Shown piece by piece: positions 40,549 through 50,306 of a stretch of DNA of 64,000 nt. Both the position numbers and the translations under genes were made by a program. Within the stretch, counting starts at the first letter, position 1, and each line of letters begins with the position of its first letter. The notes under the pieces are model-generated. The model was not told where the DNA came from. It ran no database searches and saw only the letters and a list, made by a program, of their open reading frames with translations. The stretch is from an uncultured delta proteobacterium (GTDB taxonomy: Bacteria; Desulfobacterota; Binatia; UBA9968). The stretch lies in the NCBI GenBank assembly GCA_963771465.1, contig CAVYTU010000019.1, positions 160,001-224,000 of the forward strand, given 5' to 3'.

Positions 40549-41550
40549 ATGACGGCGAAAATTATCGACATCCACAATCACGGCTACTCGAAACGATTCT
40601 TCGACGCGGTTCGACGCGGCGACGGCGAACGTTATGGGCTGCGCATCGCGGCGACCGCCAAAGGCGAAGCGCTGGTAAAACCCGACGGAAGTTCCCACCC
40701 GCTCCAACCGAAACGCGCCGAGTACGAAAAAAACCTAGCGCAACTCGGCACGGCCGGGATCGCCGGCGTCGTGCTGTCGATGCCGCCCTACGTGAATTTC
40801 GTCGGCTGCGACGAGGCGGCAAATGTCTGGGCATGCCAGCAGATTAACGACGGCTTGGCCGAGGTTGAGCAGAACTATCCAGGGCGGATTTGGGGTATGG
40901 GCATGGTGCCACTCCCCTTCGGACGCGCCGCCGCTGAGGAACTACAGCGCGCCGCGCGCGAGTTAAACCTCAAGGCGGTGCAGATCATCACCAACTACGC
41001 GGGCCGAGATCTCGACGATCCCGAGTTTCTGCCGTTCTTTGAGATGGCCGAGAAAACCCAAACTCTGATCCTGATTCATCCCGATTTGCGCCAAGGCTTC
41101 AGCGATCTCAACAAATATTATTTGCAAAACCTGATCGGCTTACCGATGGAAACCACGACGGCCGCGGCCTGTCTAATTTTCAGCGGCATCATGGAACGCT
41201 TTCCCAAGTTGAGAATCCTCCTCGCCCACGGCGGCGGCGTCTCGCCCTATCTCTCCGGCCGCTGGCGCCACGGCCACGGCAGTCGTCCCGAGCCCAAAGT
41301 AAAATTTACCGGCAACGTCGAAGAAATGTTTCAGCGCTTCTACTTCGACACCATGATCTACGAGCCCAAGGTGCTCAAGTTCCTCACCGAAACCGTCGGC
41401 GCCGACCGAGTCCTGATGGGCACCGACTATTCCGGCGACATGTCGGCATGGCGCGCAGTGCCAGAGATCGGCAAAGCGGAATTCCTAACAGCGAGTCAGA
41501 AACAACAAATTCTCGGCGGCAACGCAGAACGCTTGCTTGGATTGGCATAG
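40549..41550 (+). CDS. Amidohydrolase_2 family protein (ACMSD-like decarboxylase/hydratase)
   Basis: IDIHNH, IHP, AHGGG, YFDT, GTDY. Confidence 0.9.
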   Translation: MTAKIIDIHNHGYSKRFFDAVRRGDGERYGLRIAATAKGEALVKPDGSSHPLQPKRAEYEKNLAQLGTAGIAGVVLSMPPYVNFVGCDEAANVWACQQINDGLAEVEQNYPGRIWGMGMVPLPFGRAAAEELQRAARELNLKAVQIITNYAGRDLDDPEFLPFFEMAEKTQTLILIHPDLRQGFSDLNKYYLQNLIGLPMETTTAAACLIFSGIMERFPKLRILLAHGGGVSPYLSGRWRHGHGSRPEPKVKFTGNVEEMFQRFYFDTMIYEPKVLKFLTETVGADRVLMGTDYSGDMSAWRAVPEIGKAEFLTASQKQQILGGNAERLLGLA

Positions 41551-41612
41551 CCATTCGCATTCCGGCGACCACCGGCGGCAAGCACGATCCGGTCAAGAAT
41601 TGGAATGACCTC

Positions 41613-42665
41613 GTGGTAAAAAAGGTGCTCGACAACTTGGAAACAGCTCGCTTTACCTGGTTTCTTCTCGTTTCGATTACCGCACATATAGTCTGTTTCT
41701 GGCAGTTGAGCTTGGCGCCTCTGTCTCGGCATTTGGTCTCTCCTTTGAAGATCGATTTGCTGGTCGGCGCGTCGCTACAGGAAGGAACAAGTGCGTCGGA
41801 CACACCGGACCGAGCGTCTGGACCGTCGTTACCGCAGACCTCCGCTCGCGCCATGCGCGGGCCGTCTGGAAACGCAGCTTCGTCCGGATCGAGTTCGGCA
41901 GATGGGACAACCTCAGCAGGAGATGTAGTTTCATCGCCAGGCGGAGGAATCTCCGTAGGCGGGGATGGTAGTTCTTCGCAGTCGGCAGGAAGGTCTCCCG
42001 GCGGTGGTGGACCGGCTTCCAACGGAGGAACAGGCGCATCGACTCTACCGGGAGCACCATCAACGGGTGGCCTGAAAACTTCTCCCACCAAAAAAGAACC
42101 ACCGTCAATCGACACGATCTTGCCCAAAGTCAGGCACGTCTTTCACGGTGATGTTTACTACGATGTGGATTCCTACATTCTCGAGGGAGTTCATGTTCGA
42201 GGTACGAATCTCTGCATCGAAGGGACGCAATTACGCACCAATGACCCGATCACGATTACCGATTTGGTGACCGACCGATCGTTATGTCGGGTTAGAATGC
42301 GCGGCGATGAGCTAAAGGAAATCTGCCCGCCTGCGGCGACCAAATCAGTCATCCGCTATGCCGGCCATCTTCGTACGCCTTTGAGTTATTCGCAGAATGT
42401 TTGCCTGGTGTACGACAACTCGAACTGCCGCATAATCAGGGGCGGTACGGACAAAGAGAGAGAAATCTGCCGGCCGGTTCGCTACGAAGGGGTATGGGCG
42501 ATGGGGACAAATTTTGAATATATGTGTCAAACCTCAGAAGTTCGCACCCATAACCACCCGCTCGAATATACCGTTCGCCATCTAGTCGACTATGAAACCA
42601 GCGACGGGAAATATCACCGAAAAGAACTGCGCAGAGTGCAACATCCGATCCCCCAATGTGAATGA
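41613..42665 (+). CDS. Hypothetical single-pass membrane protein: Gly/Ser linker + 8-Cys C-terminal domain; start uncertain
   Basis: TM FLLVSITAHIVCFW; long G/S/P linker; globular Cys-rich C-terminus. Confidence 0.65.
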   Translation: MVKKVLDNLETARFTWFLLVSITAHIVCFWQLSLAPLSRHLVSPLKIDLLVGASLQEGTSASDTPDRASGPSLPQTSARAMRGPSGNAASSGSSSADGTTSAGDVVSSPGGGISVGGDGSSSQSAGRSPGGGGPASNGGTGASTLPGAPSTGGLKTSPTKKEPPSIDTILPKVRHVFHGDVYYDVDSYILEGVHVRGTNLCIEGTQLRTNDPITITDLVTDRSLCRVRMRGDELKEICPPAATKSVIRYAGHLRTPLSYSQNVCLVYDNSNCRIIRGGTDKEREICRPVRYEGVWAMGTNFEYMCQTSEVRTHNHPLEYTVRHLVDYETSDGKYHRKELRRVQHPIPQCE

Positions 42666-42789
42666 AACATCACGCCGACGGAAGCCGGCGAATCAAAAAG
42701 CAACAAATCTTCAGCGGCAACGCGGTAGAGCAATTACGGTTGGCGGACGCGAAATCGCTTCCCGGCGAATTCCACGCTCAGGATTGACT

Positions 42790-43617
42790 CTATGGCTCTG
42801 AAACATCGACAAACACGCCGTCGGGACTCGATGTCACATGCTTACAGTGACGGCACCCTGCGATTAGTCCGACGCGCCGCTCGCCTTCGCTCGGTTCTGC
42901 AACGACGCGCTCGCGCATCTCAGGCTCAGCGTGGCGCAGCGCGGCCAGCTCTTTTTTCACCGCGTCGACGCTCTCGACTTGAAATCCAATATGCTCGATG
43001 CCCGGCCGGTCGATGCCGGCGCCTTCGAAGTCGCTCATCTTCCACGGCGCTATGATCAGCGTCATGCGGCCATCGGTGAGATAGAAATTGGGATCTTCGA
43101 GCGCCTTGTCCGCTTCTTTCAATTCGAATAGATCGCGGTAAAACGCCGCCGTCGCCGGCGCGTTCATGACGCGCAATTTGATATGATGAATCCGGCGCGG
43201 TTGCTCGCGTTCTTGCTCGGTATAAACATCGCGCCGGTTGGACATACCTTCTTGAGTGAGATCGAAATAATTACCTTCGGGATCGTGCGCGCCGAAGGTG
43301 GCGAACGGACGGTTCGATGGTCGCTTGAGCACGGCGACTTCGGGATATTTTTTCTTGATCCGTGAGATCGCTTCGTCAACATCGTCGACATCGACGCCGA
43401 AATGATGCAAACCGGGAACGTAACCGGGCTTGCGCCCGATGACCGTCACGCCGACATAACCGTCGCTGATGCTGACGGCATAATTGGTGCGAATCGCTTT
43501 CTGTTCTTCCTCAGAGCCAGGCTTGGACCGCTTCATGCCGAACACGGCTTCGTAAAACTTCGCCTCGCGCACGAAATTTTCACTGACGATTGCCGCGTGC
43601 TGAATTTTGGTTAACAT
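42790..43617 (-). CDS. Two-domain VOC family protein
   Basis: IQHAAI, GLHHFGVDVDD, DPEGNYFD, IHHIKL, GIEHIGF, PDGVFVDVSE. Confidence 0.88.
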   Translation of the reverse strand: MLTKIQHAAIVSENFVREAKFYEAVFGMKRSKPGSEEEQKAIRTNYAVSISDGYVGVTVIGRKPGYVPGLHHFGVDVDDVDEAISRIKKKYPEVAVLKRPSNRPFATFGAHDPEGNYFDLTQEGMSNRRDVYTEQEREQPRRIHHIKLRVMNAPATAAFYRDLFELKEADKALEDPNFYLTDGRMTLIIAPWKMSDFEGAGIDRPGIEHIGFQVESVDAVKKELAALRHAEPEMRERVVAEPSEGERRVGLIAGCRHCKHVTSSPDGVFVDVSEP

Positions 43618-43640
43618 TTTAGCCTCACTTCGCTCGGCTT

Positions 43641-43743
43641 GTTCAAAACGTTCAAGCAGTTCAAGCAGTTCCAATCGTTTAACGCGTTAACCGTTTGAAC
43701 TCGGAGACGGCTTCAACGTTCTAAATATTTGAACATTTTGAAC
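43641..43743. repeat. 9-mer GTTCAAnnn tandem array with inverted TTGAAC copies
   Basis: GTTCAAAAC GTTCAAGCA GTTCAAGCA GTTCCAATC GTTTAACGC...TTTGAAC...TTTGAACATTTTGAAC. Confidence 0.7.
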
Positions 43744-43748
43744 GCGAA

Positions 43749-44747
43749 TCATTTCCCTGTGATTCGCTTGAAGAACCCTTCTTTTTCCAATTCATCGACC
43801 GTGCTCTCGTCAATATACTTGGCCGGATTCATATCGACTTTCGGATTGCGCTGCGCCACCATATCGAGCGTGTTGCGGATGCCCTGCGACGCGATGCGCG
43901 TGGGGAATGCGAAGCTTGTGGCGATATACTGATACGTCTCCTCGATCGCCCGAGGATTTTTTTGCTGCAGCCACTTGGTGAGAACACCGGTCGCTTTTTC
44001 TTTGCTCGTGATCATCGCATAGGTCGCTTCGGCGTAGGCCTGTTGGTAGCGCTTTACCAACTCGCGATTCTGTTGCAAGAAAGGCCGGCGCACTACCATG
44101 ACATTCATCGGAAACGCGGCGGTCTTCATGTCACGCATGTGCACGAGCACGTTCATGCCAAGGCGCGTCGCTTCGCCAACCTCCGGTTGAGCGAGCACCG
44201 TGGCATCGAGCACTTTTGCCGTCAGACCGAGAAATCGCTGCGACGCGCCGCCGGCTTGCAGAATCGTCACCGACTGGCGCGGTAGATTCCATTCCTTGAG
44301 CGCGAGCAGCACCGCGAGTTCGTTGGCGCCGCCAAAACCGACAATACCGATCTTCTTGCCGGCGAGATCTTCGGGTTTGCGAATTTCCTTTTGCGCCACA
44401 AAGCTGAATGGAAAAGTGTTGAGCGAGCCGGAAATCATCACCAGATCGGCGCCCTGAGCGATGGCGTTGATGGTCGTTACCGCGTCCACTTGGGCAAACT
44501 GGGCGCTGTTGCCGAGTAACGCTTGAATCTGCCGGGTCGAGCCCGGCGTCAAAACCAAGTCGGCATTGATGCCGTACTTGTTTAATAAACCGAGATCCTT
44601 AGTTGCCCAAAGCGGCGACTGGAATCCGGCAAAGCCGGCATAGGCGATCACGTAGCGCTCTTGCGCCATAGCTAGCGATGGAGCCGACCCTATGAAACAG
44701 AGGATGGCGATGATCAGTCGGTAGTATAGAGGTTTTGGTTTTGTCAT
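43749..44747 (-). CDS. NitT/TauT-family ABC substrate-binding protein
   Basis: Signal peptide; PLWATKDLG, EDLAGKKIG, EGFFK. Confidence 0.88.
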   Translation of the reverse strand: MTKPKPLYYRLIIAILCFIGSAPSLAMAQERYVIAYAGFAGFQSPLWATKDLGLLNKYGINADLVLTPGSTRQIQALLGNSAQFAQVDAVTTINAIAQGADLVMISGSLNTFPFSFVAQKEIRKPEDLAGKKIGIVGFGGANELAVLLALKEWNLPRQSVTILQAGGASQRFLGLTAKVLDATVLAQPEVGEATRLGMNVLVHMRDMKTAAFPMNVMVVRRPFLQQNRELVKRYQQAYAEATYAMITSKEKATGVLTKWLQQKNPRAIEETYQYIATSFAFPTRIASQGIRNTLDMVAQRNPKVDMNPAKYIDESTVDELEKEGFFKRITGK

Positions 44748-44803
44748 TGGGTCTGTTCTCTTGGCTGCTTGGCATCCTTGCGCGAGGATGTCCTACTGGG
44801 AAG

Positions 44804-46066
44804 TTATTTTATTTCGCGGCTACGGGTGAACTCTTTCCAATCCCTCGACTTGGGAATGACATCGGAGAGCACGACTAGATTGGCAAACCGATTCGCCTTG
44901 GGATCGCGAACCACGTGTTGCGGATCGCGGCCTTGCTGCACGTCTTTGATCGCGTTCAAGATCAACTTGCGCGCGGCAATGATAGCTTTGTCGGACGACA
45001 CCGGATTTTCCGCCGTGCGATTTTGCACGCGGCCCTGACTTTCAGTCGCGAAAGCATCGTGGACCTGAAAATTAGTTCCCATGCCGGTAAACGTTTGCGT
45101 CTTCATCGACGCGCGGTCCTGCTGGTAGCGATTGGCGGCGTTGCGCCCCAGGCGATAATCGGCAGTCAGCTCCACGCGGCTGCGCGTCCGCAAGAATTCG
45201 TCCAGTTCCTTGTCGCGGCTGAAGGCAAAGATATATTTCCAATGGCTGTAATCGTCGATCGGCACGTGCCAGTGAACCGAATAACCTTCGCCCACCGTCG
45301 AGCCGCCGAACGCCGACAAATTCGGCATGACAAAATTGGTCACGCGCAGGTAGCGCTTATCCGCGCCGGCATCTCTCGTGGTGTAGATTCTCAGCCCAAA
45401 GTTGCTCACTTCGACCTCGATGGTCGGCGCCACGTCTTTGCCCAGCAGTGTGTTGTCCGTCGCATTTACAGCTTGGACAATTCGTTGGCGCGCCACCTGA
45501 GCTTCATCCAAATATTGATGCAAGAACGACAAGTGCACCGGATCGATGTTGCCTTCGTTGGCTTGCAAATAGTTGCACTGGTAAAACGCCTTGACCACGG
45601 TGCGCTTCTCCGGTACGGCCGTGAGAAACTCGTAGTTCGGGAGCAGCGGCGGCTCGCCCGGTCCCATGTAGGTAAAGATAACTCCGCCCGCTTCCTGGCA
45701 CGGATAAGCAAGATGGCGAATCGCGCCTTTATTCGCGCCGCCACCCGGTTCGCCGGGTTGATCGATGACCCGGCCGCAGACATCGTAAAGCCAGCCGTGA
45801 TACAGACAACGCAAACCACCGTCTTCGATCCGGCCGTAACTCAAATCGGTGCCGCGATGCGAACAATGTAGGCCGATCAAACCAGGCCGATCCTGGTCGT
45901 CACGGAACAAAACTAATTCTTCGCCGAGGATTTTTACTTTTAGAGGCGCGCCGCCCGGCAGCTCGTCGCCCAGCGCCACCGGCTGCCAATAACGGCGAAG
46001 CATGTCACCGCAAGGCGTGCCGGGATGGGTCTGCGTTAGAAGCTGGTTTTCCTCAACGGTAATCAT
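44804..46066 (-). CDS. Rieske non-heme iron oxygenase (phthalate 4,5-dioxygenase-like)
   Basis: CSHRG...CLYHGW; EGNIDPVHLSFLH; DAFATESQG. Confidence 0.92.
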   Translation of the reverse strand: MITVEENQLLTQTHPGTPCGDMLRRYWQPVALGDELPGGAPLKVKILGEELVLFRDDQDRPGLIGLHCSHRGTDLSYGRIEDGGLRCLYHGWLYDVCGRVIDQPGEPGGGANKGAIRHLAYPCQEAGGVIFTYMGPGEPPLLPNYEFLTAVPEKRTVVKAFYQCNYLQANEGNIDPVHLSFLHQYLDEAQVARQRIVQAVNATDNTLLGKDVAPTIEVEVSNFGLRIYTTRDAGADKRYLRVTNFVMPNLSAFGGSTVGEGYSVHWHVPIDDYSHWKYIFAFSRDKELDEFLRTRSRVELTADYRLGRNAANRYQQDRASMKTQTFTGMGTNFQVHDAFATESQGRVQNRTAENPVSSDKAIIAARKLILNAIKDVQQGRDPQHVVRDPKANRFANLVVLSDVIPKSRDWKEFTRSREIK

Positions 46067-46152
46067 ATGGGCACGCCTCTCTCACCATGACGTGGCGTTA
46101 TCAAGGGTACGACACCGTTATAGCTATTCGGGCCGGTGTTGGGCAAGCGCGG

Positions 46153-47079
46153 TTAGGACTGAAGTTGACTCGTCAAATCGTCGATAAATCCAGCGTCGTC
46201 CAGCTCTTTCACCCAATGCAAATCCCAGAGCGATAGGGGATTCAATCCGGCCGCTTCGGGAAATTCAATGGTCGCAATCTCGTAGGTGTTGGCGATCGCT
46301 TCCGGAGCAGGATAAGGCCGGATTTTCAAGCCGCTCACCACCGCATCGAAGCGGCGCTTGAGTTCGCTGTCGTCGTCGAGTTCCATGCAGGCTTTCAGCT
46401 CGGGCGCGAGCGCGGCGAGCGCCTCGCCAGGACGTCGCGTAAGCCAGACTAACGCGTGCACAACGGACTGAACGTAGGCGCGCATCACGGCGGAATTTTT
46501 CCGGGCGAATTCCACTAAGCAGGCCTGGGCGAACTGGCCGACGATGGGAATGTCCGGCACGGCCAGAACCTTCAAGCCGGCGTTGAGCGCATCGGGTAAA
46601 TAGAGCGGCGACATGAAAGCCGCGACACAATCGCCGCTGACAACTTTTTTCCACTGGCCCCAGCGGCCGACGTCTTTGTCGTGTACGATGACCGGCTCAA
46701 CGTCGCGTTCCAATCCGAGCATGCGCAGCCACAGCGTCACCGCGTGCGGCTGGCCGTGCGAACGCACCGCCATCTTGTTGCCGCGGAATTCCTCCACGCT
46801 CTGCACACCTTGCCGGACGACCAGATCGAGCCCGCCGCCCTTGCTCGGCGCACAGAAAAAAGCGATTTTTTTGCCCTTCTTCGCCTCGTCATAGAGATAT
46901 TCTAAATGCTCGATGATGATGTCCGCCGCACCGTTGAATAGCGCGGCCTCATATTCATCGCCATCTTGGATGCGCACGATTCGCACGTCAAGTTCGTAGT
47001 ACCGCTTGGCCACTTCGCGGATGGCGAAGATCACCGGCGTGCGGTCATCGTCACGGTAGGCAAGAGTCAAACTTTGCAT
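46153..47079 (-). CDS. NitT/TauT SBP-fold protein without signal peptide
   Basis: Starts MQSLTLAYRD; C-terminal PLSLWDLHWVKELDDAGFID matches 15716-16624. Confidence 0.78.
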   Translation of the reverse strand: MQSLTLAYRDDDRTPVIFAIREVAKRYYELDVRIVRIQDGDEYEAALFNGAADIIIEHLEYLYDEAKKGKKIAFFCAPSKGGGLDLVVRQGVQSVEEFRGNKMAVRSHGQPHAVTLWLRMLGLERDVEPVIVHDKDVGRWGQWKKVVSGDCVAAFMSPLYLPDALNAGLKVLAVPDIPIVGQFAQACLVEFARKNSAVMRAYVQSVVHALVWLTRRPGEALAALAPELKACMELDDDSELKRRFDAVVSGLKIRPYPAPEAIANTYEIATIEFPEAAGLNPLSLWDLHWVKELDDAGFIDDLTSQLQS

Positions 47080-47091
47080 GGTTGAATTCGC

Positions 47092-47514
47092 TTACTTCTT
47101 CGCTTCGCTTGGCGGCTCGATAACCGATTGAGTCCGCGTGGCGAAACTTACATCCGGTCGCACTTTCAGCGTCGTCCCGTGCGCGACTTGCACCGTGCCG
47201 GTCTTAACTCCGCGTGGCTTCTTCACGTAGCGCGCTCTCGTACAATGCACCGCCGTCGTGCCGGCGTTGCGCGCTTTGCTGTGGTAAGCCGCCACCGACG
47301 CGGCTTGACGCAGCGTTGCTTTGCTCGGCTCTTCGTCAGCCTTGGCGCGCAGAATCACGTGACTCCCCGGCACGCCGTTGGCATGAAACCACCAGTCGTT
47401 GGGTTCCGCCACTTGGGTGCTTACATAATCGTTGTCAGCGTCGGATGCCCCGAGCAACACCGTCCACTCCCCAGGGAGTTGGTAAGCTAGGATGCGCGGC
47501 TTGGTTTGTTTCAA
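47092..47514 (-). CDS. Stand-alone NFACT RNA-binding (DUF814) domain protein
   Basis: DND, DWWFHA...PGSHV, AAYHSKAR, YVKKPRG. Confidence 0.88.
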   Translation of the reverse strand: MKQTKPRILAYQLPGEWTVLLGASDADNDYVSTQVAEPNDWWFHANGVPGSHVILRAKADEEPSKATLRQAASVAAYHSKARNAGTTAVHCTRARYVKKPRGVKTGTVQVAHGTTLKVRPDVSFATRTQSVIEPPSEAKK

Positions 47515-47543
47515 GGTTGACGAGACCGGATCGCGTGTGCGAC

Positions 47544-48555
47544 TTATTTACCGTAGAGCTTTTTGAAAAATCCTTCGTCCTCAAGGCTTTTCAACAGCGA
47601 GATATCGAGAAACTCCCCGGCCTTGCGACCTTTGAGATGGGCGTAACTGTGGCTTAAGTCTTCGATGTCGTTTTGAATCGCTTCTTCTTTGGGAAACGGC
47701 CGCGCCGGAATCGAGCCGAGGAGATAATTCTTATGCATCGAGTCCAGCATCTTCGGATCCTCGATTTTCAAATACTTGCGATATACCCGCAGCGCCTGCT
47801 CCTTTTGTGTCCGGCCGATAAACGTGCCTTCCGTGATTGCCATGAGAAATGCCTTGAGCTGGCGCGGCTTCTGCTTTAGTAATTGACGGCTCGTCGCGAT
47901 ATCGCTGCCGGTGGTATAAATTCCGGCTTCATAAACATCTGCCAACACGGAAAACTTCATGCCCTTGGCCGCGAGTTGGAGCAAATTATCCTCCGTCCCA
48001 AGCGTTGCATCGATCTTGCCTTGCATCAACATCAGGAGTCGGCGATCCGACTCGCTGATACCGGTGGGGAGCAGCGTCACATCTTTACCCGGCGTCAAGC
48101 CGAGTTTGGGCAGCAGCCGTTGCAATGCGAAGTCGGTGCCCGCGCCGATGCGGCTCGAGCCGATGATCTTGCCTTTCAATCCTTGCACCGTGGTGATGTT
48201 CGGATGGGCGATCAGCTTGTAAGCGATATGTCCCAAGCTGGCGATGATCACCAACGGCGCGCCGCGCGCCGCCGCGCCGACGGCGCTTGACCCCGAAGCG
48301 GCGATGATGTCGACGCTGCCGCCGAGCAACGCATTGACTGAAGTCACTCCCGAGGCGATGTAAACCAGATTGCCTTCTAGTCCATACTTCTCAAACAAAC
48401 CTAAATCCTTAGCGATCCACAACGGCGCCCGCGTACCCGATACGGAAGCGAAAGAAATGGAAAAGGAGTCGAGCTTTTTGTCCTGGCCTCTTGTCGAACT
48501 AGGCAAAAGCAACGCCGTAAAAACCAAAAGCAGTACGACTGTGCAATCGCCACAT
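47544..48555 (-). CDS. NitT/TauT-family ABC substrate-binding protein (signal peptide has a 1-nt indel; ORF track starts at 48527)
   Basis: APLWIAKDLGLFEKYGL, LKGKIIG, EGFFKKLY. Confidence 0.87.
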
Positions 48556-48566
48556 TATCGATCTTC

Positions 48567-48602
48567 TCCATTCTCAATTCGTCCATTCTCCATTTTCCAT
48601 TC
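48567..48602. repeat. 7-mer tandem array (TCCATTY)
   Basis: Five units of TCCATTC/TCAATTC/TCCATTT; same unit at 57323-57357. Confidence 0.65.
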
Positions 48603-48606
48603 TGCA

Positions 48607-49359
48607 TCAGTAATGATCCCCTTCGTCCAGCGTGCGAATCGCGGCGCGAATCTGCGCCTTCGATCTCACCTTGTGTTTGTAGAGCAGGAACGGCCACGAG
48701 CGATAGGGATTTTCCAGCCGCGCTTGGTTGCGCCCGCCGCCTTCATCGTTGAGCGGCGTCAACTCGGTGATGCTCATCATGAGCAGTTGATCCTGACAAG
48801 CGCGCTCCAATTGAATCGCCGTCACACACGCGCCTTCGATGCCCGGCCCGGTCACCACCACGCCATGACCGCGCAGAAACGTTGCATGACGCGCGCCGAG
48901 GTTTGCGACCATTTGCTCCGCGTGCGCCATGTTGCGGATACCGCGGCTATCGGGAAAAACCGGCACGCCATCGGAGAGAATTTTCGCTTCGCGATTGAAC
49001 GGGATCAGTCCGCTGTCGAGCAGGCCGACGAGAATCGAGTAACGCGCGTGACAATGAATCACGCTGCCGACATCCGGCCTGGCGCGGTAGATCGCCGCGT
49101 GGATGACCGTTTCTGATGGAATCGGCCCTTTGCCGGCGATCCGTTTGGCGTCGAAGTTGACCGTGCAAATATCTTTTGGATCGGCGAGCACGCCGGCAAA
49201 GCGCGGATTGATCAGAAAAGTTTCCGTGCCGGGAATGCGCGCGCTTAGATGACCAGATCCAGACAACACGCCTTCGCCGGTGATCACTTGTAGGCCGTCA
49301 ACCAACCTACGCTTCAAATCCTCTACTTGCGCTTTTGGGCTTTGCTTTTTCGCAGCCAT
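48607..49359 (-). CDS. Class II aldolase/adducin family protein
   Basis: GHLSAR, SETVIH...HCH, LRGHG; AGGAG RBS. Confidence 0.9.
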   Translation of the reverse strand: MAAKKQSPKAQVEDLKRRLVDGLQVITGEGVLSGSGHLSARIPGTETFLINPRFAGVLADPKDICTVNFDAKRIAGKGPIPSETVIHAAIYRARPDVGSVIHCHARYSILVGLLDSGLIPFNREAKILSDGVPVFPDSRGIRNMAHAEQMVANLGARHATFLRGHGVVVTGPGIEGACVTAIQLERACQDQLLMMSITELTPLNDEGGGRNQARLENPYRSWPFLLYKHKVRSKAQIRAAIRTLDEGDHY

Positions 49360-49389
49360 AATTGTCGGACTCCTCTCATCATCCTTCAC

Positions 49390-49425
49390 GTTTTGAACGG
49401 CTTGAACGATTGGAACGTTTTGAAC
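49390..49425. repeat. 9-mer nnnTTGAAC tandem array
   Basis: GTTTTGAAC GGCTTGAAC GATTGGAAC GTTTTGAAC. Confidence 0.7.
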
Positions 49426-49426
49426 T

Positions 49427-50185
49427 CTATGCCCTTTTCAGCCACTCGCAGTAAAACCGCCACAGCGTCTGCGCGCCGCCACCGCTCATGCCGGTGCCGC
49501 TTCGCGATGTGAAGGCCTGCTGATCTTTCTCGGAAATAGACGGCACGTTGCCCAGTGAAGCCGCCTGCAAATTCATGCGCGCTAGGGCGTCGAGCTTGAT
49601 CGCCTTGATCGTCGCATCCTCCACGCTTGAGCCGCAAACCACGGCGCCGTGGCCGCGCAAGACGCAAATATCGCTGTCGCCCATCACCGCCATCATCTCA
49701 TGCACATGCTCGACCCGATGCAACGTGAGACTGCTGCGATAGACGGGAATGCCGTTGATCGCCATGCGCATGGCGCGCGGATCGTAACCGCCAAAAATCG
49801 GTCTCAGCTCGATACCGGCCATGCTCGTCAGCACGACCGACGCTGGATGCGCATGCACGATACCGCCCACCGCCGGTCGAGCTTGGTAAATTTCGCCATG
49901 AATCACCGACTCGTTCGGCGGCTTTAGTATGCCGGACTTTTGCATGCGCTGGCCGGCGAAATTCGCCAGCACGACATCCGACGCTTTGGTAAATAGCAGC
50001 CCGGTTTCTTCTCTGCCACGGCCGCGGATGAACATGTTCGCGCCATCGGTGCTACGCGCGCTTACATGGCCGGTGGTTTCTTTGAACAAGCCCAGCTTGG
50101 CGAGTATCTGGCAAGACAACGCGACCTTCTTCGCTAGCGCCGCGTCGGCCGCCCGAGGATTCTGAATTTTTGATCGCGGGGACAC
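49427..50185 (-). CDS. Class II aldolase/adducin family protein; start uncertain
   Basis: GHVSAR, ESVIH...HAHP, LRGHG. Confidence 0.9.
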   Translation of the reverse strand: MSPRSKIQNPRAADAALAKKVALSCQILAKLGLFKETTGHVSARSTDGANMFIRGRGREETGLLFTKASDVVLANFAGQRMQKSGILKPPNESVIHGEIYQARPAVGGIVHAHPASVVLTSMAGIELRPIFGGYDPRAMRMAINGIPVYRSSLTLHRVEHVHEMMAVMGDSDICVLRGHGAVVCGSSVEDATIKAIKLDALARMNLQAASLGNVPSISEKDQQAFTSRSGTGMSGGGAQTLWRFYCEWLKRA

Positions 50186-50306
50186 TTTTGGATTTGGGAT
50201 TGTCGTAGTCCTTCGTTAAGCTAACCGGGTTAGTAACACGCGCCCAAACCACGGTCAACGAATCACTCAATTGACAGCCTGAAGTCATTGCTATACGAGA
50301 GTCACG

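Noticed and set aside
43641-43743. CRISPR array
   Set aside because: Units are 9 nt with no unique spacers and no cas genes; the same applies to the other short arrays.
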